A DNA stretch of 64,000 bases from assembly GCA_012295275.1 (NCBI GenBank), contig CM022667.1, positions 1,054,001 to 1,118,000 of the forward strand, given 5' to 3'. Position 1 is the stretch's first letter. Every line of letters begins with the position of its first letter. Position numbers and translations under genes: made by a program. The notes beneath the pieces are model-generated. The model was given only the letters and a program-made list of their open reading frames with translations, had not been told where the DNA came from and did not search any database. This DNA is from Chrysomallon squamiferum (Eukaryota; Animalia; Mollusca). Of this stretch, positions 31,007-45,950 are shown in pieces.

Positions 31007-31040
<34 letters not shown>

Positions 31041-31901
31041 ATTATTTATGTATGTATGTATGTAGTATGCATTCAAATTTTTCTCTGCCTATAAATAATT
31101 ATGTATGGATAAAGATAGATGTGTATATGCATATATATATATATATATAGAGAGAGGTGTTTATATGTGTGTGTATATATATACATGTGTGTGTGTGGTA
31201 TGATGAGTGAATATGTGCATGTGTCCACATATTTGTAAGTGAGTATACAAACAGAACAACAAGACAAAAACCCTCACAAATCCTCTGATAATCAGTTGTG
31301 GACAGACATTCTGGTTTTGCTCAGATGAGGCTGTGACAGCTATGTATGAAATGTAATTGGATTCTAAGCAAATTGTGCTCTAAAGCAAATTCTTGTGGGA
31401 GCATTGGAACCCTCTGGATAACAGTAAGTGTCAGATTAGACTCAGTCTTATGAGTTCAGCGAAGTCAAGAATTGTAAAAATCAATGGTAACCTACACAGA
31501 AGTTAGTTTTGTGTACAAGGAGCAGTGTTAATTACGTACCAGAAGGTGTCAAAACTGAAATTGTCTAACACCATCTTTGTGTGTGTGTGTGTGTGTGAGT
31601 GTATGTGTGTTTGTATGTGTGTTAAGTCATTTTCTAACTAGTTTTTCCTGTATGTATGTATGTATGTATATGTGTTGTGTTGTGTGTGTCTGTGTGTGAG
31701 AATGTGTTTGTACATTTTTCCATAAACAGGAGAGCACATTCCATGACTTTTCAAGTAAAAGAAAACTTATGATGGAAAATAACATAAAATTATTTATCTT
31801 GTTCAGTTCTAAATTATATTTAATTCTAAAACCTGGTATTGCTGCTTCAGCCAATTTCAAACTGAATACTTGAAAATTATTTTTTATTCATGTGTTGAAC
31901 A

Positions 31902-31953
<52 letters not shown>

Positions 31954-32609
31954 TGTGTGTTATTTAATTTATTTATTCATTCTCCAATTCTATACTGAAA
32001 TATTTTCTACCTGATGGTGGAATATCTCAGTTAGAACATGACCACGTGTGTACATACAAATAATATTAAATAATCCAGCACAAAAGTGCATGCTGAAAAC
32101 AAATACCTTGTTAACGTCTCTGCAAGACTTTAAACGTGCTCAGGTTTGCCAGCAACACAAAGATTTGCTGGAAGAGTTGTTTTCATTCCCTCTCTTTTCG
32201 AAGGAAAAACAATTTGGAAAAAGGAAAGAAAAAAAAAAGACAAATGCTTAGGTCAGGATTTGTGTAGATGTGATTTTCCTTAGTTGAAAGCTCTTTAAAT
32301 CCTGGAGACTAGTAGTTGTTATTAGCAGAGCAGAAAATAATAATCTGATTTGCATGCCTTTTTATAGAAAAAAAAAAAAGAAAAAAGAAAAGAGAATTAT
32401 ATAGACAAACATTGCTTATTTAGTTGTTTATATTTCATAATTTGAAAAATGCTAAAAAAAAAAGTTTTATTTTTATAAAATTACTATCTGAACAGTTATA
32501 TACACACATGTACTTATGATTCATTAATTATATCTTTAAATAGGTTTATAATTCCATTAAGCTGCTATTAAAATCTAATTAAGCCAATGAAAGGGCAACA
32601 ACAAACAAC

Positions 32610-32649
<40 letters not shown>

Positions 32650-33039
32650 ATTAAAATCTCAACAAAAAAAAATCAAAAAAAAAAAAAATCAGGACATTAA
32701 AAGAGACATTTCCAGATGTTTAAATAATGAATGTTTTTCAGCCTGATCCTTTTAAAAACTTTAACTGCTTTTCGAATCAGAAGTGGTTAACACCGTAAAC
32801 AGCCCATATATTCCCTCCACTTCAACAAGCAAGTCTTCCATACAGTAAAAACTAATATCACACGCAGACAGAAACGAGAACGCACATACCTTTGTTCTAT
32901 AAACTGGTTTGTTTCATCTGCTCATAAAACAATGGTAAGGAGGAAAATCACTACAAACATTATTTTAAGTGGTGGAATATAAGAAAAATAATCTTGCACT
33001 TGGTGAATGTGCCAGAACTTTGGTTCCAGTGAAAGGAAT

Positions 33040-33585
33040 GGATGACCTTGGCTCAATGGTTAGATATGTTTTCAGTCCCAAGATCATTTATCCTTAATAC
33101 ACCCTTTCAGATATTTCCCAATCCAACCTTTGGTTTATCAAAGTTGTATATGTGCTTTCCTGTCAGAAAAATGAAAGATTGCCTCTGCCTGAGTTACATT
33201 ATTAATATTAATTGTTAAAAATATATATATATTTCTTCTTTCAATGAATTTAAACAATTCCTAGCCATATACATTCTTCAGCTGATAGAAATTCTTCCTA
33301 CTCACTGAAACAATAGTTTTATCAGAAAATTATTTAAGTATGCCTTTCACACAAACTCAGACCCTGCCAGAAAGAAATTAAACCCAAGATACTCATTAGA
33401 AGTTTTCATTTGCTATCATTTGCCGAAGACAAATTGACAGAAAGCAAATACCTTGCTGTTTTTATATACTGTTATTAATAATTAGAATTATCCGTGTAAT
33501 TCAAGCATCCCTAAAGACCCATTGAGATTTGATCTCGTGAACTCTGGCGGCTCGGGTGTACACTTCACTGCAGAGATACATCTTT
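33040..33585. mobile_element. Possible decayed tRNA-derived SINE remnants, two copies in opposite orientation
   Basis: A-box-like TGGCTCAATGG at about 33049, followed by ATATTTCCCAATCCAACC, a motif also seen at about 49660 and reversed at about 43850. Degenerate A/B-box-like sequence on the minus strand near 33520-33580. Confidence 0.3.
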
Positions 33586-34757
33586 CATAATGAAGATTAA
33601 TTGAACATAATTTGACATTAACCGGTTTACTTCATGTTGTGTGCATGTCAGGGGATTTGAACCAGCCTCCCTCCGGATTTAATTGCCACATTAACCAAAG
33701 CAATGATCAGTGGAGTAAATTGTTTGGTTTTTTTTATTGTTTTGTGACAATGACTGGAAAACAAATACAGCAAAAACCTGTGTTAGAAACGATATCAAAT
33801 GTTAAAACACATAAACATGAATACTTAAACACATAGTATTTGTTACACATTTTATGATACTTAAACACACTTATATATATACTTACATGTACTCACACAA
33901 AATATGTAAATACACAAAAGTATTCACACATAAATACTTAAACATACACATGCATACTTAAGTATACTCATATACACATACGTTTAAATGCATTCTCAAA
34001 CACATAAATAATTATTTAAGAAAACTCACATACACACTGGTATCATATACTGTACTCCTACACACAAATACCCAAACACGCTCTCACACACACACACACA
34101 CACACTCTCTCACACACACATACACACACTCTCACACACATTACACACACACACATACACACACTCTCTCTCTCACACACACATATATATAGGAAAAGAG
34201 ATAGAGAGATAGATAAAAGATAGATAGATAATATATAATATGCTTCAATGACAGCAACTTAAACACCCAATTTTCCACGCCTCTTTCTTTCTTGATCCCC
34301 TGCACTAACAGATGAACCTCTGGTCTGACATTGGACTCAAGCAACTTTCGGAGGCTCAAGTGACAGACTAAGGCAGAAATGCTTTCAAGTGTAGCCCCAA
34401 CTTGAGGAGTGTGAACAGAACCTGTGCGGAATCGTTCAGCACTCAAATGAGGCAGTTAGCTTCAACAAGGAATAGGAGAATTGCTTTCGTGTGAAACAAG
34501 AGATTGGCCCATTGACATGAGAAACAATCTGCAGAGAAAAGGGATATCTGTGAACAGAGAGACAAGAGTGGTCATTTCCAATTAAGTTGAAAGTGCAGAC
34601 AAAGGAAAGAAGAGCAGAAATGTATATCAGTGGTTTGGAAAGGTTTTAGTGAAATTTCTAAAACTGATTACTTAACATGCAAACCAGCAATGGCGGAATT
34701 TGACTTTTGAAGGTTTTAATATAATGCAGTAGACAGTATATATTTATGTTTTTTTAA

Positions 34758-34844
<87 letters not shown>

Positions 34845-36092
34845 GTGTGTCTTTGATTGTGTGTGAATATGAATGTGAGACATTTGTGTGTATGTGTGTA
34901 TATATATATACAGAGAGAGAGAGAGAGAAAATACAAAGTATATTTCAATGATAGTAAAAGTATTGAACAGACATTAAAAGATTAAAATAACCCCGCATAG
35001 CTCCAAAACAGACAGGATTATTACAGTAACTTGTATTTAAGGATACAAAATCACTTTTAAAATATATTTTATTAACTTAAAACTCTTAAATATAGAAAGA
35101 TAACAACAACAATAACAACTACAACAAAACAAAAAAAAATAATATGTACTGATAATTAACAAATTATGTCAAAACAAAGTTTAGTTTGTTAAAACTTATT
35201 TTTTAAATATTTCAAACTTCTGCCTGTGGTTATATATAGATATATATACCAACAGTAATAAAAGTATTAACAAAAGTGTAATAACAATAGTAAAATGAAA
35301 GAATGATGAATAAAAGAATCTGATTAAGCCAGTGTAAATAAGAAAATAAATTAATGAATGCTGAAAGCAATATCAACATTATTTGATGTCAAACAAAGAT
35401 CAGATCATAATGTTGTACGACCAGATTAGTAATCAGTATTAAAAAAAAAAAAAATTTTAATTAAAACACAATTTAAAGCAGATGTGCCAAAAATATGACC
35501 ATGATTAGAAATTTCATCAATTCTGGTTATGCAAGTATAGAAACAAAATAAAACATCTCATTTAAAAAAACCAATCTGAAAGTAACAAGTGGTGTCTGCT
35601 TGTTGCCTGACAGGAATTTTTTTTTTTTTTTTTTAATTTTTCAGACAATCAGCAGTCGACAGAACTGACAGTTAAACTTGCAAGCCTGGATTATCTTCAC
35701 TCCTTGCCCACGAAGTTTTATTATTCTTCGATCAGTGGCCCTTTTAATTCCTTTTTAAAACTATTAATTATTTCATTAAAACCAGAGTGACCAGCCCATT
35801 GTTTGAAGACCAGAACAGAAATTAAGTCCCTTGTCAATTTCCTTGGTTACCATTGGCCATTGTTGTGGGTCTTTGTGTTCATAGGGACCTTAAGTGATCA
35901 AGTGGAAGACATTGTTTGTGCATCAGTGAACTCAGAATTCAGACCACCTTTCCATTACAGATGTTTATTGACAGTGTCTTGTATTACGAAGACGCCCTTT
36001 AATTTAAATGATAATGAATGCCATTCATGTCTGATACAGAGAATTATTCATTGTATAATCAACATTAATCATGGGATGTGCTTTGTGTGTGT

Positions 36093-36128
<36 letters not shown>

Positions 36129-36516
36129 TTATGGATGTATGTGTAAATGTATGCATCTGTGTATATATAAAAGATCAGCAGTTTGCTCTTAACAATTAAA
36201 AGGTTGATTCTGCTGTGGTTTTCATCATCATAATTCATTAATATCACTATTACTATTGTTCTGTTGTATTGTATTATCAGTTTTGAAAATAGAACTGTTA
36301 TAAGAAAGAAAAATAATAAGTTAGAAGTTATTTTCAAATGTTCATTTAATATTTATCTTTAAAATGAGAAACAGAAAATATTTCCTTATATTTCAAGCCT
36401 TAAAAAAAACAATAAATAAATAAAATAATAATAATAAGTCATATAATATTCTTTCATTAAAATTAAAAAAATAAATAAAAGTAAAGTAGTGGAAAGGGAG
36501 GCAAAAAGATGTTGAC

Positions 36517-36519
<3 letters not shown>

Positions 36520-36593
<74 letters not shown>

Positions 36594-36745
36594 GAATGAG
36601 ATAGAGAAACAGAAAGTAGAGACTGAAACAGAGTAAAAGAGAGAACAAAAATCTGAAAAGAAAAGGATAGACAAAGAAAAAAGACACATGGGCACAGAAA
36701 AAATATCAGATAGGTAGTAGAGCTGGACAGACTCAGAGAAAAACA

Positions 36746-36840
<95 letters not shown>
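36520..36840. repeat. (GA)n microsatellites; others at 3972, 9581, 34760, 41221, 60420 and 63828
   Basis: Direct inspection. Confidence 0.95.
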
Positions 36841-36843
<3 letters not shown>

Positions 36844-36994
36844 AAAATAGAACAGAAAAGGGGAAGAGACAATGAAAAAACCCACCAAAGTGTCAGTTTG
36901 AAAGATAAAGATATTACAGAGGAAGAAGGCATGGGATAACATCCTGTACTGCACATTTAACAGGCAGTAAAATAACGCGGTGAAATAAATGGAA

Positions 36995-37040
<46 letters not shown>

Positions 37041-37729
37041 TAAAGCATCAATGAAAACTGATAAACACATGGGACATGATTTCCTTTATAAAATAACAAA
37101 TCAAATTACACAATCATTTCAACTTTATAACCCCTTGTTACCTTTTCGAATCCTGTTAGCGGTATACGCTGTTTTACTGCAGTGCAGAAAATCGAGCGTT
37201 TGTAACATCAGTTTACAAATGCGGCGTACAAGAGATAACATTTTAAAAAGTTGTTTTTTTTTTCTTTCTTTCTTTCTTTTTAATTATATATTATACAAGA
37301 TTCTATTTCAACGACAAAAAAAAAAAAAAAAAAAAAAAAATTATAACGAAAGAAAAAATGCGGGTTATTTTATTATTATTATTTTCTTAAGAATTATAAA
37401 TCAAACGATATTCTTTTTCAATTATAAAAAAACTAATTTTTGTTTTTGTCCTTTTTCTAAAAACATACTCAAATAAATAAATAAATAAATAAATAAACGA
37501 AATAAAAAATAAAGCACTTATTAACATTACCATCGGACACGTTACAATTAATGCGACGTCTTAATACAGTTAATTTACGCTAGATCGGCAGACGTTCTCT
37601 GAACTCACAAATAGCAAACAGCAATAAAAACCTAATCCTACCTGTTTCACAATCAGCGACGGTTCTATAACGGTTTCTGCACACGAAACGTGTCCACTTA
37701 AACGCAGTCACCAGTGTCTTTCATCTTAC

Positions 37730-37920
37730 CTTCAGCAGACGACGCAAACCCATCAGACCAGTTTGCTTCATTAAACACCCAGGTAGCAGGCGAGCTCGAC
37801 GATCACCGTCCCTTTTATTTTCTTCTTCATTTCCCGCGAAACCCCGCAATTGGCCGCAAAACAACGACAGACGTTGTAATACAATTTGAACCGCGTGACG
37901 TCTATAGTTTCATTGGCGGC
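37730..37920 (-). promoter_or_regulatory. Candidate promoter and first exon of an unidentified minus-strand gene
   Basis: CpG-rich island with two minus-strand CCAAT boxes (ATTGG at 37849 and 37912), CRE-like TGACGTC at 37896, E2F-like TTTCCCGC at 37830, and an AAG|GTAAGA donor at 37729. Confidence 0.5.
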
Positions 37921-37985
37921 AAGCAATTTTTACGTATACATTTTATTATATTATTATTATTATTATTATTATTATTTTTTTTTTT

Positions 37986-38017
<32 letters not shown>

Positions 38018-38990
38018 TTAAATTCCCTGGAATAATCGTTCGTCAGCTGAGGAGGTAACTGAGATAGATTTTGATTAGTATTTACGCATTACGTGATACA
38101 AGAATAAACAAACGTTAAAACACTGTCAGAACTACTGTAACTTGCAGAAATCGCGTCCCGTTCTTCAAGAGCGATGTTGTGAGAGAGAGAGAGCGCGTTA
38201 AGCGGGGAACAATGCAACAAGTGCAGTACACACGTACACAGTGCAGTTAGGATTGCACTGGAAGAAGAAGAAGAAGAAGAAAAAAGAAAAAAGAATTCTC
38301 TCATCATCATACCGTTCTGGATAACCTAACCCAGTCTCGGGATAATTCAGTCTTGTAAAAACGTCTGTGTATGCAAGGAATAAATAGTGTACTGCTTGTT
38401 AAGCCATATCCTGGTTGAAAAACCCCCAAACTTATTTTAAAAAAAACCTCAATAAACTCCCCACTATGTATGTGTGTGTGTGTGTGTGTATACACACACA
38501 CACACTTATATATTTATTTTTTTAATTTATTTATCACTTAGAAAAATAAAACCCACAACAAAACAAACAAAAAAAAAAAAAAAAACACACAACAACAACA
38601 AAATGACTACAGAATAATAACAGTAATTATTATTATTATAGTATTGTGGGTCTGTTGAAAATATACGTACGAAATACCAACATACATGGATTATATACAT
38701 TCATGAAAATATAATCATTACTGAGATGAACAACTGCATATACACACACACACACACACACACACATACATTTTTTTTTATTTATGACTTAGTTAATATG
38801 ACATGGATAAGCATTCAAAGCATTCTATAGGCAAAAACATCAAGGTAATTACAGAGAGAAAATCGCTGAAAACACAATTTGGTTATTTATTTATTCATTT
38901 TTGTGTTTGGAATGATTCATTTTCATACTTTTCTTTCTTTTTTCTCTCGTTTATTATTTATTTGTTTATTATTTAGTATTTGGTTAATTT

Positions 38991-39031
<41 letters not shown>

Positions 39032-39349
39032 TATTACCTTTATTATTTATTTATTATTTTATTATTTTAATGCTCTTTAATTATATTGATTTTAGTATTT
39101 GTTTCCCATTCAGTGGATTCCTGTTATCTTTACTTTGTATATTTATTTATTTATCCGTTCTTTATTTATCCACTTTTTCTTTCTTTCTTTATTCACTTTT
39201 TTCTTTGTTTCTTTATTTATTTATACCAGGAGGGTTTATATTAAAAAAACCCTGTTACCTTACACATTAGAATGAAGACTAAACCTTCTGACAGTTATGT
39301 GTCTTGTCTGTAAATTCACAACACTTTAAAACAACATGTCAGGGATCTG

Positions 39350-39387
<38 letters not shown>

Positions 39388-39544
39388 CCATACTAAATAT
39401 TTAATAACTTTTGTAAATGGCATCACCATTTAAAATTAGTGAGTTAATTAAGAAGGATGGGCCAGAAACACAGTTCCTGTCTGCGTATCTTAGTTATCTG
39501 TGCAAACTTTACAAAACAGAGGGATGTCTTTATTCTACTGAGTA

Positions 39545-40310
39545 AAACACACTAACATACATATATGTATACCACAACACAAACACACACAACACACATA
39601 CAACACACACATACAACACAACACAACACATAACACAAGTATACACAGACAACACACCCACAAAACACACTGACATGTATATACACAAAAAATACAACAT
39701 ATATACCAGTATTCAGACACACACACACATACACACACATACTTATACATGCATGAACAAACATAGACATATACACATGCACACACACACATACACACAC
39801 ACACACATACATGCATGAACAAACATAAACATACACACGTGCAACACACAAAATACACTCACACACAACATTAACATACACACACCATAAACACTCATAC
39901 ATATATGAACACACACACACCATACACACTCACACATACATGAACAAACACACACATACACAGACAAGACACAAAATACACTCACATATATATATACACA
40001 AAACATGCATGCATGCCAGCATTTACACACACACACACACAAGAACACACAATGTACATACAAACATTAACATTCACACACCATACACACTCATACAAAT
40101 ACATACATGAACATAAACACACACACACACACACACACACCATACACATACATGCACAAACACACACATACTCACACCATACACATTCATACATACATGA
40201 ACACACACACACACAACCAAACACACTTGTACATACATGAACACACATACATACACACCATACACACTCATACATACATGAACACACACACACACACACA
40301 CACACTCTCT
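39545..40310. repeat. Degenerate (CA)n/(CATA)n microsatellite field; similar at 11990-12180, 23810-23930 and 27955-28160
   Basis: Direct inspection. Confidence 0.95.
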
Positions 40311-41218
40311 CTCAAATCTGTATAATACACAGATAAAATAACTTTTCATATCATCTTAATCTGTATCACAAATTAATTTTCGTTACAGAATTTGAGTATG
40401 TATATATAGATATATATTTAATTTTCTCTTTGAAAACCATTTCAGAACACCAAACATGATACTTAATTAAGTATAATTCGATACTGCACCCAATCAGATT
40501 TGCATCCATTATCTCTGTGTTTAATTTAGTTCTCTCAGTAAGGCTTGGTTTCAAATGATAATGCTTCCTCTCAGACAAACGTCTCATATGAAATGGGAGC
40601 TTATTTAATATTCGACATACATAACAAGTCTTAATTTTGAGACAGTTTAGAAGAATAAACACATGAATATCAAATAAAGGCTGCAGTTAATTTGATGCAA
40701 TTTGAGTTGCGGATATTACTCATTTTGGTGGGCAGTTTTTCACTGTCTGGAGAATTTTGATGTAAGCGATTCCAGTCTCTTTATTTCTGATCCAGCCAAT
40801 GGCAAGAGTGGATCCAGATATTGTGGATAGTGGAGGGGTTGGAATAGGCAAGGTGGATTGTAGGTCTTTTCTTGATTTTGGCACGTTTCTGTATATTTTT
40901 GTTTCTTTTTCATGTTATGTTAATTAACTTTTATGTTTAGTCAATTTTTTTTTTAATTTTTTTTTTTTTTTTTAAATTCATAGTAAGGTATCAGCAGACC
41001 TTTTAAAAAAAAATATGATTTAGAAATTTCATTTCACTTATTTTAATTATTTATTTAAATTTTGTTTTATTTATTAAGAAGTTATTAAAAATTAATCTTT
41101 AAAAGCATCAGTATAATCTCTTGTTATTCTTTATCATTATTATTTTCTTTTTAATATGATAGATTTATGGTTATTGTAAAATGTTCCCCAAGACTTGGTT
41201 TTAGCTATTTTTAAAACC

Positions 41219-41294
<76 letters not shown>

Positions 41295-41729
41295 ATCAGA
41301 AATAACACAGACAGAGAGGGCTAGTGATCTCAAACCACACAAAAATTACTGCAATTATAAACTCGAACTCAAACTCCTTCAATCATCTCCGTATCAAAGT
41401 TAATGTACCTAGTCTCTTATTACACTGTCTTCAGCTTATCAGAGAAGAAAAAAGTTTGTTCAAGCTGTCAGCTTATAAACCACACAGCTTTATCAGTGAC
41501 TTGTACACTGGGCTCGGAGAGACTGTACCAAACTTGATAAACTTTTAATAGCAGTGAAGTAAAAATCAGAGACTATCAGGATGAGAGACAAGAATGAGAC
41601 TCAGGTTGTGTTTGGTTTTCTGTGAGAAAAGATTAGAATTCAGGTGTGTTAAAAGTAAAATGGTTAAAAAGTGAAAAAAAAAAAAGAAAAAAAAAAGAAG
41701 AAAGTCTTTTATGAATTAAATGTATGCAG

Positions 41730-42670
41730 ATCACGATTATGGTAATGATCATCATGGTTTATCATATTATCATTGTCATCATCAACATCGTCATCATTAT
41801 TATAACTTATAGCACTTGCTGCTGCTTCTGTTATTACTACTACTTCTATACCACCACTAAAATTACTATTGATTATTATTATTATTATTATTATTATTTT
41901 TACTAATATGACTACAAATTCTACTATTACAATTTGCTATTGCTTTTATTATTACTACTTCTGATACTACTATGACTACTGCAGTTACTATTACTACTGC
42001 TGTTTCTATTATTACCACCATTTCTTCTTCTCCTACTACTACTGCAGTTACTTCCACTATAAATATTATTATTACTACTACAACTGCTTCAACTATTACT
42101 ATTATTACTAACATTAGTATTGTTGTTACTAACATATTTATTGTCATTATTACAATTACCACTTCAACTACTAGTATTTGTTGCTGCTTCTGTTACTAGT
42201 ACTACAACTATTTCTTCTTCTACTACTACTGCAACTACTAGTTATCACAACAATTACTACTGCTATGTGTTATTTTTTTTTTATACAACTATTATTATTA
42301 CTATTGCTAAAATTAGTATTGCTACTAAAACAGTATAGTAGTATATTACTACTATTGTTGTGATTACTGTTAGTAACAGTAGTAATATTAATAATAATAA
42401 TAATTATTATTGTTATTTTATTATTATTACTATTGCCACTAGCTACTACCACTGTCATCAACATCGTTACTAGTACCATCACCATGACTACTACTACTAC
42501 TACTTTTACTATTACTACTACTACCACTATAACTACCACTACTACTACTATAACTACTACAAGAACTGCCACTACGACTATTACTGCCACAACCACTACT
42601 TTTACTACTGCAACCACTACTATTGGTACTAGTACTACTAATACTACTGCTATTTCTGTTGCAATCATTT
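41730..42670. repeat. Degenerate (ACT)n/(ATT)n trinucleotide field
   Basis: Direct inspection; stops interrupt all long frames. Confidence 0.9.
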
Positions 42671-42685
42671 TATTATTTTTGCTAG

Positions 42686-42730
<45 letters not shown>

Positions 42731-45669
42731 ACCTGTTAACACTAATTAGAAATTTTATATAACTAGTGCATTTTGCCAAAATGTTTTTCTTCCTTTTTTT
42801 TAATTCTTTCTTGTAAATAAAACATATTGCATAACTCTACATTATTAATGTTAATTAAAGATGAAATTACATCACACCATTTCTGTTGTACTTGTTCAGA
42901 ATTGGCAAGAATCAAAATTAAAGATGATGGCAAGTAGAACATATACTGAGCCAAAAAAAGTTATGTATGTAAATAGTTTTACATGCTTAATTTCTTTAGT
43001 GATTAAAATTATCAACACAAACAAAAGCTGATGACTATATGGCTAGAAATTATTAAATGATTAGGATTTTCTTTTTATCATTATCTTCTCAAGGGTATAT
43101 TATTTTGTTTTGTTTTGTTTATATATATATTTTATTACTTATTTATTTATTTTGCTGTTTTTGACAATTTAGATCTCTGCTATTCAGAAAATATAAAAAA
43201 TATAAATTTTGAAATGATGTAACTCTTTGTTGTATACTAAATCAAAATGAAATTTTGAAACCAACTTGATTCAGTTTAAGTTGAACATTTTGGCACCTTT
43301 CTGTACATTTTAATTTCTTTTACATGTTATGTTAATTAACTCATATATTTAGTCATTTTGTTTTTTAAATTCACCTTAAGATGGCAGCATTCCTTAAGAA
43401 GAAGAAGAAGAAGAAGAAAAAAAATAAATAAATAATAAAATAATAATAATAATAATAATAAAATAAAATTAAAAAAAAAAATTAAATAAAAAAAAATAAA
43501 TAAATAAAAAGGTAAATAAAAGAATAAATAAATAAAAAGAAAATAGATATATAAAAATAATAAGATGCCCAAAAAAAAGAGAAGTAAATAAAATTAAGAA
43601 AATATATAAATAAATATAGAATAGAATAGAATTAAATTAAAATAAATAAAGCATTAAAAAAATCCCAACAAAATAAGTAAATAAAATTAAGAAAACAGAT
43701 AAAAAAAAAAAAATAAAAAATAAATAAATAAATAAAATAAAAAATAAAAATAACCAGAAAAAAATGATAAAAATAATACCCACAGTTGTTTTTAATTTCT
43801 ATTCAGTAAAAGCAATAAATATTTATTACTGTTCAGAGCACTGGAATGGGAAATAACGTAAAATGTGAAATGAGGAGAAGTGATCTTGGATTCTATCAGG
43901 TTTCAAGCCATAATAAATAAGCTGTAACCAGTTTAAAACACAAAGAAACAGATATTTGTTTACAATGAAAACACAGATTGTATCAGTATAACAAGCAAGT
44001 GTAGCAAGTAAACAAACAAAATAATAGTAAAAAATATATAATATATAAATAAATAATTAAATTAACTTAAATTAATTAAAATAAATAAATAAATAAATAA
44101 AATAAAATAAAATAAAATAAAATAAAATAAATAAACTAAAATAAATACCCCAAAAAGTAAAAATAATAATAATAATAAAAATAAATAAATAATAAAAATA
44201 AATAAATAAAATAAATAAATAAACAATAAATAAATAAAGAAATAAAGAAAGAAAAATAATATAAAATACAAAATAAAAACTACAATAATACTATAATAAA
44301 AACAGTAACAAAAAACCCCACCAAAAAACAACAGCAGCAACAACAATAACATAATAATATAATTTTAACAATAACACCAACATTACATACAATAATAATA
44401 ACAACAACAATAATAAAAAAAAACAAAAAAAAACAACCATATTATTAAAAAAAGCTAGAGAAACAAATAAAAAAATAAAAAAACACAGTTACCACAAATA
44501 CACTTTAAAGGTGAACCAACGGAACAGATGCAAAAATAAGCAGGTGTAAGACAATATGGGTGGACACAACTGAAGACTGACAGACAGACAGACAAGATGT
44601 ATGATGATGGGCCAATATCTGAAACAATGATGGTGGTGAGTTTGTCAGTCACTGCATGATTTATGATTGAGTTTACCCAATAACTGTCTACACTGGGAGA
44701 AGGGTTATGGCAGTTCCACGAATGTAAAACAAAACACAAGGTATGTATGTGAGTATACTGCAATAACTCCTGCTTTATTTCTACTGAAACAAGCAGTAAC
44801 AAACAACAAACAGTAATTTGATTCCTACTGACTGAGTGAGAAAAACAAACTCTGTTTTCATTACGGAAAGAGAGCTTTGTAAAGATCATTAAAAATATGA
44901 AATAAATAGTAAACTATTAGTTTCACCAAAAAATGTGTGATTTGCATTATTTTGTTTGGTTTGAAGTTTTTTTTTTTTTTTGTTTTGTTTATTTTTATAA
45001 TTTCTTCTACTTCTACTTCTTCTTCTTCTTCTTCTTCTTTTCTTCTTATATTTATTAGTATTCTTGTTTTTATTATTGTTACTGAGGATATATATTTTTT
45101 TTGTAAATTTTTTTTACACAAATGACATTTTGAATGAATCAATTTCTAGGAAAGACAAAATGATGTTGATGATGATGACGATCATGATGATGTTAATAAA
45201 TAAATTAAAAAAATCATTAAAATAAATAAATTAAAATAAAAAAATTAATAAATAAATAAACAAAAAATAAACCAATAAAAAAAAATATAAAAAATAAAAA
45301 ATAAATAAATAAATAAAATAAATAAATAAATAAACTACAGATAAATTCTAAAATTAAATCAGTATGAAATATGGTGTTTCTTTTTTATAAATATACCAGT
45401 AATTAATAAATATAAGTTGAAATTCAAACACACAAACACACACACACACACAATCATACAATCATATTATTTTTTTTTCTTTCTCTAAAGTTACAGTAGT
45501 AATAAACTGACAGAATAATGAACAGACATACATATGACTGTCAGATGGATAGACAGAAATGTGAAATAATTATTCAGAATTATTTTTCACTTTTCTTCTC
45601 ATTCTATTACAGCAGTAACAAACTGGATAGACAGACACACAGAAAGTGGATGGATGAATGAAAGTTATA

Positions 45670-45950
45670 TAAACATATTTTTAAACAGACTCATTTAATA
45701 AATAAATTTAGTTTATTTCTCTATAATGTAACATTATTTCCAGTTATTGACAAGAGTGGCAGTCCTCCTATATATTTTTAAACACAGTCATTTAAAAAAT
45801 AAATTTAGTTTTTTTATTATGTAACTTATTGACAAAAGTGGCAATCCTCCTATTTATTTTTAAACAGATTCATTTAATAAACAAATTCAGTTTCGGTTTC
45901 CATTTTGTAAGCATTAGTAACACATACTGAAAAAAGTGGCAGTCCTCCTG
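45670..45950. repeat. Tandem triplication, about 85-100 bp unit
   Basis: TTTTTAAACAG...CATTTAA...AAATTTAGTTT...AGTGGCAGTCCTCCT repeated three times. Confidence 0.8.

Noticed and set aside
38312-38410. AG/GT-bounded candidate minus-strand exon
   Set aside because: No recognisable product; it may be a UTR exon but cannot be supported from sequence alone.
41972-42762. Thr-rich mucin-like ORFs (also 57108-57296)
   Set aside because: Translations of (ACT)n/(ACA)n microsatellites, interrupted by stops, with no splice or signal-peptide context.
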